DNA from: Wolbachia endosymbiont of Drosophila innubila
Lineage (GTDB): Bacteria; Pseudomonadota; Alphaproteobacteria; Rickettsiales; Anaplasmataceae
Direction: 5' to 3'
Assembly: GCF_021378375.1 (NCBI RefSeq)
Contig: NZ_CP076228.1
Location: 840,001 to 872,000, forward strand
DNA length: 32,000 bases
Under the pieces are notes generated by a model. The model searched no databases. It was not told the DNA's origin and saw only the letters and a list, made by a program, of their open reading frames with translations. How positions within the stretch are numbered: position 1 is the stretch's first letter; the number at the start of each line of letters is the position of its first letter. The position numbers were made by a program, and so were the translations under genes. Shown piece by piece: positions 9,228-16,497 of this stretch.

Positions 9228-9614
9228 ATGTCTGCATGTAATCTTCTTATATCTGACTTACGGCTTTGGGTTCATTTAGGCTATAGTGCAGAAGAGAAGT
9301 ATCATTCTCAATTAGTTAGTGTTAATATTGATTTTACCTTTAAATCCCCCCCTTTAGGACTTACAACTGACCGGCTTGAGGATACTATATGCTACTTGGA
9401 GGTAGTTCAGAGTATTCAATCTCTCGTTCAAAGCAAGCAATTCAACTTAATCGAGCATTTAACTCATGATATATACAGGACCATTAATAACCTTGTGATG
9501 CAAAAAAAGCTTATTATTTCTTCTATAGGCGTAACTATTCACAAAGTTGCACCACCTGTCCCCAGTGTGCATGGAGGTGTTTTCTTTACTTATCGTAATG
9601 CGTTGCAAGAATGA
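9228..9614 (+). CDS. folB: dihydroneopterin aldolase family protein (FolB/FolX)
   Basis: 128-aa ORF of FolB size with a LGxxxEE-like start (HLGYSAEEK). Its stop overlaps the folK-folP start (ATGA at 9611-9614). Confidence 0.7.
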   Translation: MSACNLLISDLRLWVHLGYSAEEKYHSQLVSVNIDFTFKSPPLGLTTDRLEDTICYLEVVQSIQSLVQSKQFNLIEHLTHDIYRTINNLVMQKKLIISSIGVTIHKVAPPVPSVHGGVFFTYRNALQE

Positions 9615-10891
9615 TTTACATTTCTGTTGGCTCAAATATAGGAAATCGCTTTTCCCATTTACAAAAGGCTGCTCAGTTACTGCAGGAGCGCTATTTTAAA
9701 AATTTAAAATCTTCAATTATTCTGGAAACTAAGGCTATTTTACCAAATGATGCTTCACCTGGGTGGGACAGGCCATTTCTAAATATGGTTGTGTATGGAA
9801 GTTGTTCTTCTTCTCCTGAAGAGCTGTTAAAGGGCCTTAAACAAATTGAATGTGACATTGGCCGTCTGCAGGTCTATGAAAAATGGGCACCTCGCGTTAT
9901 TGATTTGGATATTTTGTTATGGGATGACCTGACACTTGATACACCCTACCTTAAGATTCCTCACCCAGAATTGATAAACAGACCATTTTTGCTTCACTTG
10001 ATGACAATGCTGAACCCTATGGCAGTAGTTAACAAAACGTTTGGTACTGTTAACCCTAACATTAAGGATTGCTTTTTAAGGAGTTTTACGCTTTCACCAG
10101 AGCTTGTAGGTATTGTCAATATTACTCCTGATTCATTTTCAGATGGTGGTCTTTATTATGATGCAGATCAAGCAACCAAGCAGGCACTGCGGCTGTTATC
10201 AGATGGTGCAAGCATAGTTGAACTTGGTGCTCAATCAACAAGACCTGGCTCCTCAATACAAACTCCAAAAGCAGAATATGCACGCTTAAAACCAGTGCTT
10301 GATAATCTCAATCAGTATATGAAAGTTGGTGACATTAAAGTCAGCATTGATAGTTTCTGGCCAGATGTTATTTTGAATGTTTTGGAGCACTACAACATTG
10401 CCTGGGTAAACGATCAGAAGGGAGATCTAGATGATAATACCTTAAAAGCGATTGCTAGCAGTGGATGTAGTATCGTTATTATGCATTCACTCTCCATACC
10501 ACCACATAGTGACAACATTATCCCAAGTGACATTGATCCAATTGATACCATAAATAATTGGGCAGAAAGGAACATTAATAGATTACTAGCTCTAGGTTTT
10601 GATCAAAGCTCGATCATTATTGATCCTGGTATTGGTTTTGGCAAATCTATGTACCAGAATATCCAGATTTTACGCAGTATAGAAACGTTACAAAATTTTG
10701 GCTGCAAAGTTCTGGTTGGCCATTCTAGAAAGTCATTTATTTCTTCTTTTTCTACAGAACCTGTCTTTAACCGAGATTTAGAAACAATTGCTACATCATC
10801 TGTATTACACAACAAGGTTGATTTCCTTCGAGTGCATAATGTGCGTGATCACATGCGATTTTTTGTAGCTCAAGCTGCTTTACAGGGATGA
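9611..10891 (+). CDS. folKP: bifunctional HPPK / dihydropteroate synthase (FolK-FolP fusion)
   Basis: 426-aa ORF. The N-terminal HPPK part has RVIDLDILLW and PHPEL. The C-terminal DHPS part has GIVNITPDSFSDGG, DIGAQSTRPG-like ELGAQSTRPG, IDPGIGFGK and GHSRKSF. Confidence 0.88.
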   Translation: MIYISVGSNIGNRFSHLQKAAQLLQERYFKNLKSSIILETKAILPNDASPGWDRPFLNMVVYGSCSSSPEELLKGLKQIECDIGRLQVYEKWAPRVIDLDILLWDDLTLDTPYLKIPHPELINRPFLLHLMTMLNPMAVVNKTFGTVNPNIKDCFLRSFTLSPELVGIVNITPDSFSDGGLYYDADQATKQALRLLSDGASIVELGAQSTRPGSSIQTPKAEYARLKPVLDNLNQYMKVGDIKVSIDSFWPDVILNVLEHYNIAWVNDQKGDLDDNTLKAIASSGCSIVIMHSLSIPPHSDNIIPSDIDPIDTINNWAERNINRLLALGFDQSSIIIDPGIGFGKSMYQNIQILRSIETLQNFGCKVLVGHSRKSFISSFSTEPVFNRDLETIATSSVLHNKVDFLRVHNVRDHMRFFVAQAALQG

Positions 10892-11367
10892 TAGTTATCG
10901 GAATTATGGCTGTTGATCCCAAGGGGGTAATTGGAATAAATAATGGATTGCCCTGGCATTATCCAAGTGAGTTAGATCATTTTCGTCAGGTGACTGAAAA
11001 ACAAGTTATTGTTATGGGGAGAAAGACATTTGAAACTATGCCTCAAGACATATTAGGGAATCGTATCCCTGTTGTTTTTTCTCGTGACAAATTAAATTCT
11101 TGTTTTAACAGAGGAGTAAAATGCACTATTATTTCTTCTATGCAAGAGTTTTTGTCAATCCAAAGTAATTCTAAAGTCTTCATGATTGGTGGAGCACAAA
11201 TAGCGCATCTTTTTTTGGAGTATGATCTAATCTCAGAATTTACCATAACAGAAATTCACAAACCCTATAAAGGTGATGTATATTTCAACTTAACACTTCT
11301 TGATGGATGGCATAAAACTATTCTCACCAAAACGAAAGATTATACTATATGCAAGCTGACACGTTAA
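10888..11367 (+). CDS. folA: dihydrofolate reductase
   Basis: 159-aa ORF with GxxNxLPW (INNGLPWHYPSE), VIVMGRKTFE and MIGGAQI motifs. Its start overlaps the folKP stop. Confidence 0.82.
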   Translation: MIVIGIMAVDPKGVIGINNGLPWHYPSELDHFRQVTEKQVIVMGRKTFETMPQDILGNRIPVVFSRDKLNSCFNRGVKCTIISSMQEFLSIQSNSKVFMIGGAQIAHLFLEYDLISEFTITEIHKPYKGDVYFNLTLLDGWHKTILTKTKDYTICKLTR

Positions 11368-11368
11368 T

Positions 11369-12106
11369 ATGCATGTTGAAGCAATTTATACCCACCGCAT
11401 TGAATGTGGAGAAGTATTAGAGCAGGTTCTTGATCGCTATGTTTCAGAGTTGCTAAGAGAGGAAGTTGTTCTTGCTATCACATCAAAAATCATTTCTATT
11501 TGTCAAAAACAAGTGGTTTGCAAAACTGCTTGTTCTAAAGAAGAGCTAATCAAAAGAGAAGCTGATGCAATTGTTGATGTAGACCATAATTCTTACGGCA
11601 TCTATTTAACAATCAAAGACAATATCTTAATTCCATCTGCTGGTATTGATGAATCAAATGGTAATGAAATGTATATTTTATACCCAAAGGATGTTCAGAA
11701 AACAGCTCTATCAATATGGAACTATCTCAAGACAAAACACTGCATAAAATATCTTGGTATTTTGATTACAGATAGTAACATAACACCTATGCGCCTTGGG
11801 GTTACGGGCGTTGCTCTTGGTTGGTGTGGATTTGAACCATTTTATTCCTATATAGGCAAGCCAGATCTTTATGATCAACCACTGCAAGTAACACAAGTCA
11901 ATCTTCTTGATGCGCTGGCAACGTCTGCTGTTTTAGTTATGGGAGAAGGGGCGGAGCAAACACCAATGGCAATAATTAGTGGCGCACCAAAGATTCACTT
12001 TCTTACTCGTCCGCCAACTACAGAAGAAGAAAAAAGTGTGAAGATATCTATGGAAGAGGACCTTTACTCTCCTCTCCTCATGCGAGCCCGCTGGTTAAAG
12101 AGTTAA
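11369..12106 (+). CDS. CofE-like (F420-0:gamma-glutamyl ligase family) protein, CT611-type candidate folylpolyglutamate synthase
   Basis: 245-aa ORF with ITSKIISICQ, SAGIDESN and VLVMGEG patterns typical of CofE-family ligases. It starts 1 nt after the folA stop. Confidence 0.6.
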   Translation: MHVEAIYTHRIECGEVLEQVLDRYVSELLREEVVLAITSKIISICQKQVVCKTACSKEELIKREADAIVDVDHNSYGIYLTIKDNILIPSAGIDESNGNEMYILYPKDVQKTALSIWNYLKTKHCIKYLGILITDSNITPMRLGVTGVALGWCGFEPFYSYIGKPDLYDQPLQVTQVNLLDALATSAVLVMGEGAEQTPMAIISGAPKIHFLTRPPTTEEEKSVKISMEEDLYSPLLMRARWLKS

Positions 12107-12168
12107 AGAGGAACTTAAAAATTTGCTATTAGACTTCTTACATAACCATATAACATTGGGAATAGAAA

Positions 12169-12719
12169 CAAAAAACTTACTTGACACCCTTCGCCAGCGC
12201 CCTTATCATGATAGTGAAGCTATTGTATTTGCTTTCGCCAATCTGCAGATTAAAAGGTAAGGATTACTTAATGTATCGGCGTCTTATGTTCAATTTTTTG
12301 CAGTGTATAGATACTGTATGTCTTTACAAAACTTCATCTACATCTAGATTTTTATCTAAATAAGCTGAACGCGCTTATAAAGCGTTACAAGACATCAAAA
12401 AATGCCAATACTCGACAGAGATAGTAAAAGACTAGCTAACTCGGGGATTCTTTGTCTTTTTTTCTGCTTAGTAAACTTCTTAAACATTTGCAGCGTAAGT
12501 TAGTTGCAATTAAAAGCAGCTTAATCTTGCTTGTCAAGCGTTTAAAACATAAAAAACGCCAATATTTTAAAGCAGATAATAACCACGGGGCTTCTTTTGC
12601 CTTTTTTTCATTTGGTAAATTTCTTAACGTTTGCAGCTAAACGACAACCGTCATCCCGCTACGTGTTAGCGGGATCTATGCTTTGAGATACCGCGAATGA
12701 ATCGCGGTATGACATAGGG
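12169..12719 (+). repeat. promoter-led repeat, copy 2 (right inverted arm)
   Basis: Inverted partner of 6441-6995. It contains two tandem modules of about 130 nt (about 12361-12517 and 12518-12650) and ends in REP-like hairpins. Confidence 0.85.
12181..12209 (+). promoter_or_regulatory. sigma70-like promoter at the head of repeat copy 2
   Basis: TTGACA (12181-12186), 17-nt spacer, TATCAT (12204-12209). Confidence 0.45.
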
Positions 12720-12803
12720 AACCCTTTCTTGGGTTAGCTATAGATTTACTTCGCATATTCAGCTAATTTTTATTACAATTACAACAAAATAATTTTGGCT
12801 TTG

Positions 12804-14147
12804 ATGAAAACTGTATATGTATGTCAATCCTGTGGTCACAGCACTGGTAGGTGGGTAGGGAAGTGCATCGCATGTGACAATTGGGATACAATTGTTGAGG
12901 AAATAGCAGTAAAAACGGGCAAAAGAAGTATATCTGCACCAATTTTAATAAAGACGTTATCGGGTAGCGAAATTATCACTCCAAGTCGTTTTTTAACAGG
13001 AATAGAAGAATTAGATAGAGTTTTTGGTGGGGGTATCGTTCAAGGTGCTAGCATTTTAATTGGTGGCGAACCTGGTATTGGAAAATCCACCCTTTTGCTT
13101 AGAATTGCAGCTAATGTTGTGCAACTTTCCTCTTTTGAATGTCTTTATGTATCCGGCGAGGAGTCTTTAGAGCAGGTGAGTCTCAGAGCAAAGCGTCTTA
13201 AGATAAATGAACCTAAAATTAAGCTTTTATCTACAGTGTCTTTAACTGATGTAGTAGCAACAATAAAGGAAAACAAAAGTATTAAATTCTTAGTAATTGA
13301 TTCTATACAAACAATGTATGATAGCAGAATTACATCGGCACCAGGAACTGTAACTCAGGTTCGTACTTGCGCACATGAATTAACTATTCTTGCGAAACAA
13401 TATGGTGTTTCTCTTTTAATAGTTGGTCATATAACTAAGGATGGACAAATAGCTGGACCCAAAACTCTGGAGCATATGGTGGATACGGTATTATATTTTG
13501 AAGGTGAAAATAGCAATCAATATCGCATTTTGCGTACTATTAAAAATAGATTTGGCCCTGCAAATGAAATTGGTGTTTTTGAGATGTCTGAAGCAGGACT
13601 TGTGCCTGTTGATAATCCATCATCATTGTTTCTGATGGCCCATGACAGAGAAGTAGTTGGCAGCGCCGTATTTGCAGGAATTGAAGGTTCAAGACCAATT
13701 TTAATGGAAGTGCAAGCATTAATAGCAGGGACTAATATGGCAACCCCAAGAAGGGCAGTAGTTGGGTGGGATATTAATAGATTGGCTATGATCATCGCGG
13801 TGCTAAATGCTCGTTGCAAAATATTTTTGCATGATAAAGAGGTATACCTAAACATTGCAGGGGGACTCAAAATACAGGAACCATCGGCTGATCTTGCTGT
13901 TGCTGCTTCCCTTATTTCAAGTATAGTAAATTTACCGCTGCCAACTTCTTCAATAATCTGCGGTGAAGTTGCACTTTCAGGAGAAATTAGGAACATCTCG
14001 CATGCTGATCTCAGACTAAAAGAAGCACAAAAGTTAGGATTCAAAAAAGCAATTATGCCTAAAAATGGTAACTATTCTTCTCATGATATTGAAATAATCA
14101 AGCTTGGTCACGTAAGGGAATTAAGAGAAGTCTTTAATTACAATTAA
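12804..14147 (+). CDS. radA: DNA repair protein RadA
   Basis: N-terminal zinc finger CQSCGH..CIACDNW, Walker A GEPGIGKST, KNRFGP motif and a Lon-like C-terminal domain. The track starts at TTG 12795; ATG 12804 is more likely. Confidence 0.92.
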   Translation: MKTVYVCQSCGHSTGRWVGKCIACDNWDTIVEEIAVKTGKRSISAPILIKTLSGSEIITPSRFLTGIEELDRVFGGGIVQGASILIGGEPGIGKSTLLLRIAANVVQLSSFECLYVSGEESLEQVSLRAKRLKINEPKIKLLSTVSLTDVVATIKENKSIKFLVIDSIQTMYDSRITSAPGTVTQVRTCAHELTILAKQYGVSLLIVGHITKDGQIAGPKTLEHMVDTVLYFEGENSNQYRILRTIKNRFGPANEIGVFEMSEAGLVPVDNPSSLFLMAHDREVVGSAVFAGIEGSRPILMEVQALIAGTNMATPRRAVVGWDINRLAMIIAVLNARCKIFLHDKEVYLNIAGGLKIQEPSADLAVAASLISSIVNLPLPTSSIICGEVALSGEIRNISHADLRLKEAQKLGFKKAIMPKNGNYSSHDIEIIKLGHVRELREVFNYN

Positions 14148-15045
14148 ATAACGCTTCAGCAAATTCTTTGCTAGTAAACTCCCTTAAGTCCTCTATATTT
14201 TCGCCAATTCCTATAGCATGTAACTTTATCTTATAAGCTTCTGCAAGTCCAATTACCACTCCGCCCTTAGCAGTGCCATCTAACTTTGTTACGATTAGCC
14301 CGGTAACATTAACCATTTTGCTAAATGCTTCTAATTGGCTATAAGCATTTTGGCCGGTAGTTGCGTCAAGAACTAAAATAACGTCATGAGGGGCAGTGTC
14401 ATCCAATTTCTTTATCGTTCTATATATTTTTGATAACTCCTCCATAAGGTTCACATTATTTTGCAGCCTTCCTGCTGTGTCAATTAGAACAACATCAACG
14501 TTATCTTTTATAGCTTGACTTACAGCTCTATATGCCACACTTGCAGAGTCGCTACCGTACTCTCCAGTAACAATCAAGCAATCAGAACGTTCTGCCCAAA
14601 TGTTTAATTGTTCACTAGCAGCAGCTCTAAATGTGTCGCATGCAACAAGCATAACGGATTTTCCCATTTCCTTATATTTATATGCGAGCTTACCTATAGT
14701 CGTGGTTTTACCGTTACCATTTACTCCGCATACCATTATTATATGTGGTTTTTTGTTTAAAATTAGCGGTTGCACAGCAGGGTTCAATATCGATTCTATT
14801 TCGCTCATTAGCTGCTGTGTGATGGTATTATACTCAACTTCCTTGTCAAATTTGATGCTTGTGAGCCTATCGATAATCAACTTGGAAGTTTTATGACCAA
14901 TATCCATACTAATTAGCAATTCTTCTAATTCATCTAAAAGTGACTGATCTAATTTTTTTTTGCCAGAAAAAATACTTTTCACCCCGTCGCTAAAGCGAGA
15001 AGAAGTTTTTAACAGGCCCTGATAAAGGTTACTAAACAAACTCAA
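14134..15045 (-). CDS. ftsY: signal recognition particle receptor FtsY
   Basis: 303-aa ORF with SRP-GTPase motifs GVNGNGKTTT, DTAGR and TKLDG. Its 3' end overlaps radA by 14 nt (convergent). Confidence 0.92.
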   Translation of the reverse strand: MSLFSNLYQGLLKTSSRFSDGVKSIFSGKKKLDQSLLDELEELLISMDIGHKTSKLIIDRLTSIKFDKEVEYNTITQQLMSEIESILNPAVQPLILNKKPHIIMVCGVNGNGKTTTIGKLAYKYKEMGKSVMLVACDTFRAAASEQLNIWAERSDCLIVTGEYGSDSASVAYRAVSQAIKDNVDVVLIDTAGRLQNNVNLMEELSKIYRTIKKLDDTAPHDVILVLDATTGQNAYSQLEAFSKMVNVTGLIVTKLDGTAKGGVVIGLAEAYKIKLHAIGIGENIEDLREFTSKEFAEALFNCN

Positions 15046-15115
15046 GGGATACTCCTTTTTAAATTATAAACTTAATTACAATATAAAGAATGACATGCAC
15101 TACGCGAATTTGTAA

Positions 15116-15181
15116 AGTAAAATGCACTCAAAAACTACAATTTTACCTTACAAAAATTACACTTTTTGAGTGTATTTTACT
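15116..15181. promoter_or_regulatory. 19-bp inverted repeat (candidate operator) in the ftsY-iscU divergent intergenic region
   Basis: AGTAAAATGCACTCAAAAA (15116-15134) and TTTTTGAGTGTATTTTACT (15163-15181) match 18 of 19 as reverse complements. The right arm abuts the -35 position of the predicted iscU promoter. Confidence 0.4.
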
Positions 15182-15200
15182 TTAGTTTTTAACCTAAATA

Positions 15201-15209
15201 TGTTATAAT
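15201..15209 (+). promoter_or_regulatory. extended -10 promoter element for the isc operon
   Basis: TGTTATAAT (TGn + TATAAT) lies 28 nt upstream of the iscU ATG. Confidence 0.4.
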
Positions 15210-15236
15210 GTAGAATAGCGGTTCACAGGTAATTTT

Positions 15237-15620
15237 ATGAGTTATAATGAGAAAATTTTAGATCATTACGAAAATCCAAGGAATGTTGGCTCTCTGGATA
15301 AAAATGATCCAAATGTTGGTACTGGCCTAGTTGGTGCACCATCGTGCGGTGATGTAATGAAATTGCAGATAAAGGTCAATGACAAAGGTGTTATTGAAGA
15401 TGCAAAATTTAAAACTTTTGGTTGTGGTTCTGCCATTGCTTCAAGTTCCTTGTTAACAGAGATGATAAAAGGAAGAACCATCAGTGACGTTACACAGATA
15501 AAGAATACTCAAATAGTGGAAGAGTTGTCTTTACCTCCAGTGAAGATACACTGTTCGGTACTTGCTGAAGATGCTATAAAGGCTGCTATTCATGACTATC
15601 AAAGTAAACAAAAGAATTAA
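15237..15620 (+). CDS. iscU: Fe-S cluster assembly scaffold IscU
   Basis: 127-aa ORF with conserved GAPSCGD, FGCGSAIAS and LPPVKIHCS (the HscA-binding LPPVK). Confidence 0.92.
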   Translation: MSYNEKILDHYENPRNVGSLDKNDPNVGTGLVGAPSCGDVMKLQIKVNDKGVIEDAKFKTFGCGSAIASSSLLTEMIKGRTISDVTQIKNTQIVEELSLPPVKIHCSVLAEDAIKAAIHDYQSKQKN

Positions 15621-15632
15621 GAAGCTACGAAC

Positions 15633-16046
15633 ATGGGTGAATATCAAGAAGTAGGCGGAGGTGAAACTGTAAAAAAGAATAAAAAACTTATCACTATAAC
15701 TGCGGAAGCAGTAGAAAGGATAAGGTATTTATTGGACCAAAAGAAGCATACTAACCTTGAGAAACCGGAAGAAGCAATAGGAATAAGAGTGCTAATTAAG
15801 CAAAAAGGATGTTCTGGTTTAAAATATGATATTGAATATGCATATGATACTCGTCCTTTAGAGTCGGTAATTGAAGAAAACTGTAGTGATGGCCAAAAAG
15901 TTAAAGTGTTGATCGACCCAAAATCCGTCATGTTTATTCTTGGCTCTGAAATGGATTATGTAGAAGAAAAATTTTCATCGGGTTTTGTTTTCAAAAATCC
16001 TAATGAGAAAGGAAAATGTGGTTGTGGAGAGAGTTTTCATGTCTAG
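15633..16046 (+). CDS. iscA: Fe-S cluster insertion protein, IscA/HesB family
   Basis: 137-aa ORF with CSG...(C-terminal) GCGCGESF signature. It has an N-terminal extension of about 25 aa compared with typical IscA of about 110 aa. Confidence 0.8.
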   Translation: MGEYQEVGGGETVKKNKKLITITAEAVERIRYLLDQKKHTNLEKPEEAIGIRVLIKQKGCSGLKYDIEYAYDTRPLESVIEENCSDGQKVKVLIDPKSVMFILGSEMDYVEEKFSSGFVFKNPNEKGKCGCGESFHV

Positions 16047-16497
16047 CAACTATTTTGCATTGTTTGAAATTGAACCAGCTTTCAATATCAGCTTTGATGA
16101 GTTAGAGAAAAAATATATTGAGCTAAGCAGGACTGATATAAATGAAAGACAGTCCCAAAACATGGAAAATATTAACAGAGCTTATCAGATACTAAAGTCA
16201 CCGCTAAAACGTGCTGAGCATTTGCTGGATTTTTTTAATGTGAAAAGCCAAAAGGACCACTTAAATTCTGAAATATTAAGTGAATCAATGGAAATAAGAG
16301 AGTACTTACTAGACTGCGACGATCTACAATTTGCAAGTAGGATGATCGATGAAAAAATAAAAGGTTGCATTAAAAATCTAATTAACACTTTTGCTGTAAA
16401 GAATTTTGATAGAGCTGCTACACAAGTCTTAAGATTGAAATATTTATACAAGTCATTTGAGGAGATGAAGAAAAATGCAACCAATTCAAATTTCTGA
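16039..16497 (+). CDS. hscB: co-chaperone HscB (J-like domain lacking HPD)
   Basis: 152 aa from ATG 16039, overlapping the iscA stop; the track start at 15985 is unlikely. It has the NYFALFEI start, the LKRAEHLL helix and a C-terminal helical bundle, and sits between iscA and hscA. Confidence 0.8.
   Translation: MSSNYFALFEIEPAFNISFDELEKKYIELSRTDINERQSQNMENINRAYQILKSPLKRAEHLLDFFNVKSQKDHLNSEILSESMEIREYLLDCDDLQFASRMIDEKIKGCIKNLINTFAVKNFDRAATQVLRLKYLYKSFEEMKKNATNSNF

Noticed and set aside
12181-12640. Two 60-62-aa ORFs (12181-12363 and 12452-12640) inside repeat copy 2 as possible small proteins.
   Set aside because: The first starts at the TTG of the TTGACA -35 box. In the diverged copy 3 the equivalent frame stops after about 33 codons because of indels, so conservation is not protein-level. 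The second is lysine/leucine-rich low complexity.
13517-14044. 175-aa ORF antisense to radA. Similar shadow ORFs occur at 134-391, 1723-1932, 2214-2438, 2562-2981, 7491-7727, 10603-10815, 11043-11246, 11711-11896, 14600-14896, 15266-15481, 15644-15931, 16185-16508, 16955-17180, 18241-18435, 29474-29728 and 31110-31505.
   Set aside because: Each lies entirely inside a well-supported gene on the opposite strand and has a low-complexity or odd composition with no recognisable motifs. These are typical antisense shadow ORFs of AT-rich genomes.
14134-14147. Convergent 3' overlaps (radA/ftsY 14 nt; exon 2/plsY 10 nt at 28795-28804) as possible regulatory antisense arrangements.
   Set aside because: Short convergent overlaps are common in compact genomes, and no additional structure is seen.
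12795-16041. Track start codons for radA (TTG 12795), hscB (15985) and, elsewhere, the iron-binding protein (TTG 22081) and the membrane protein (GTG 2242).
   Set aside because: Downstream ATGs (12804, 16039, 22042 and 2248) give N-termini that match family expectations: the zinc finger at the start of RadA, the J-like helix of HscB, and a signal-anchor-like peptide. They also avoid long overlaps with upstream genes.
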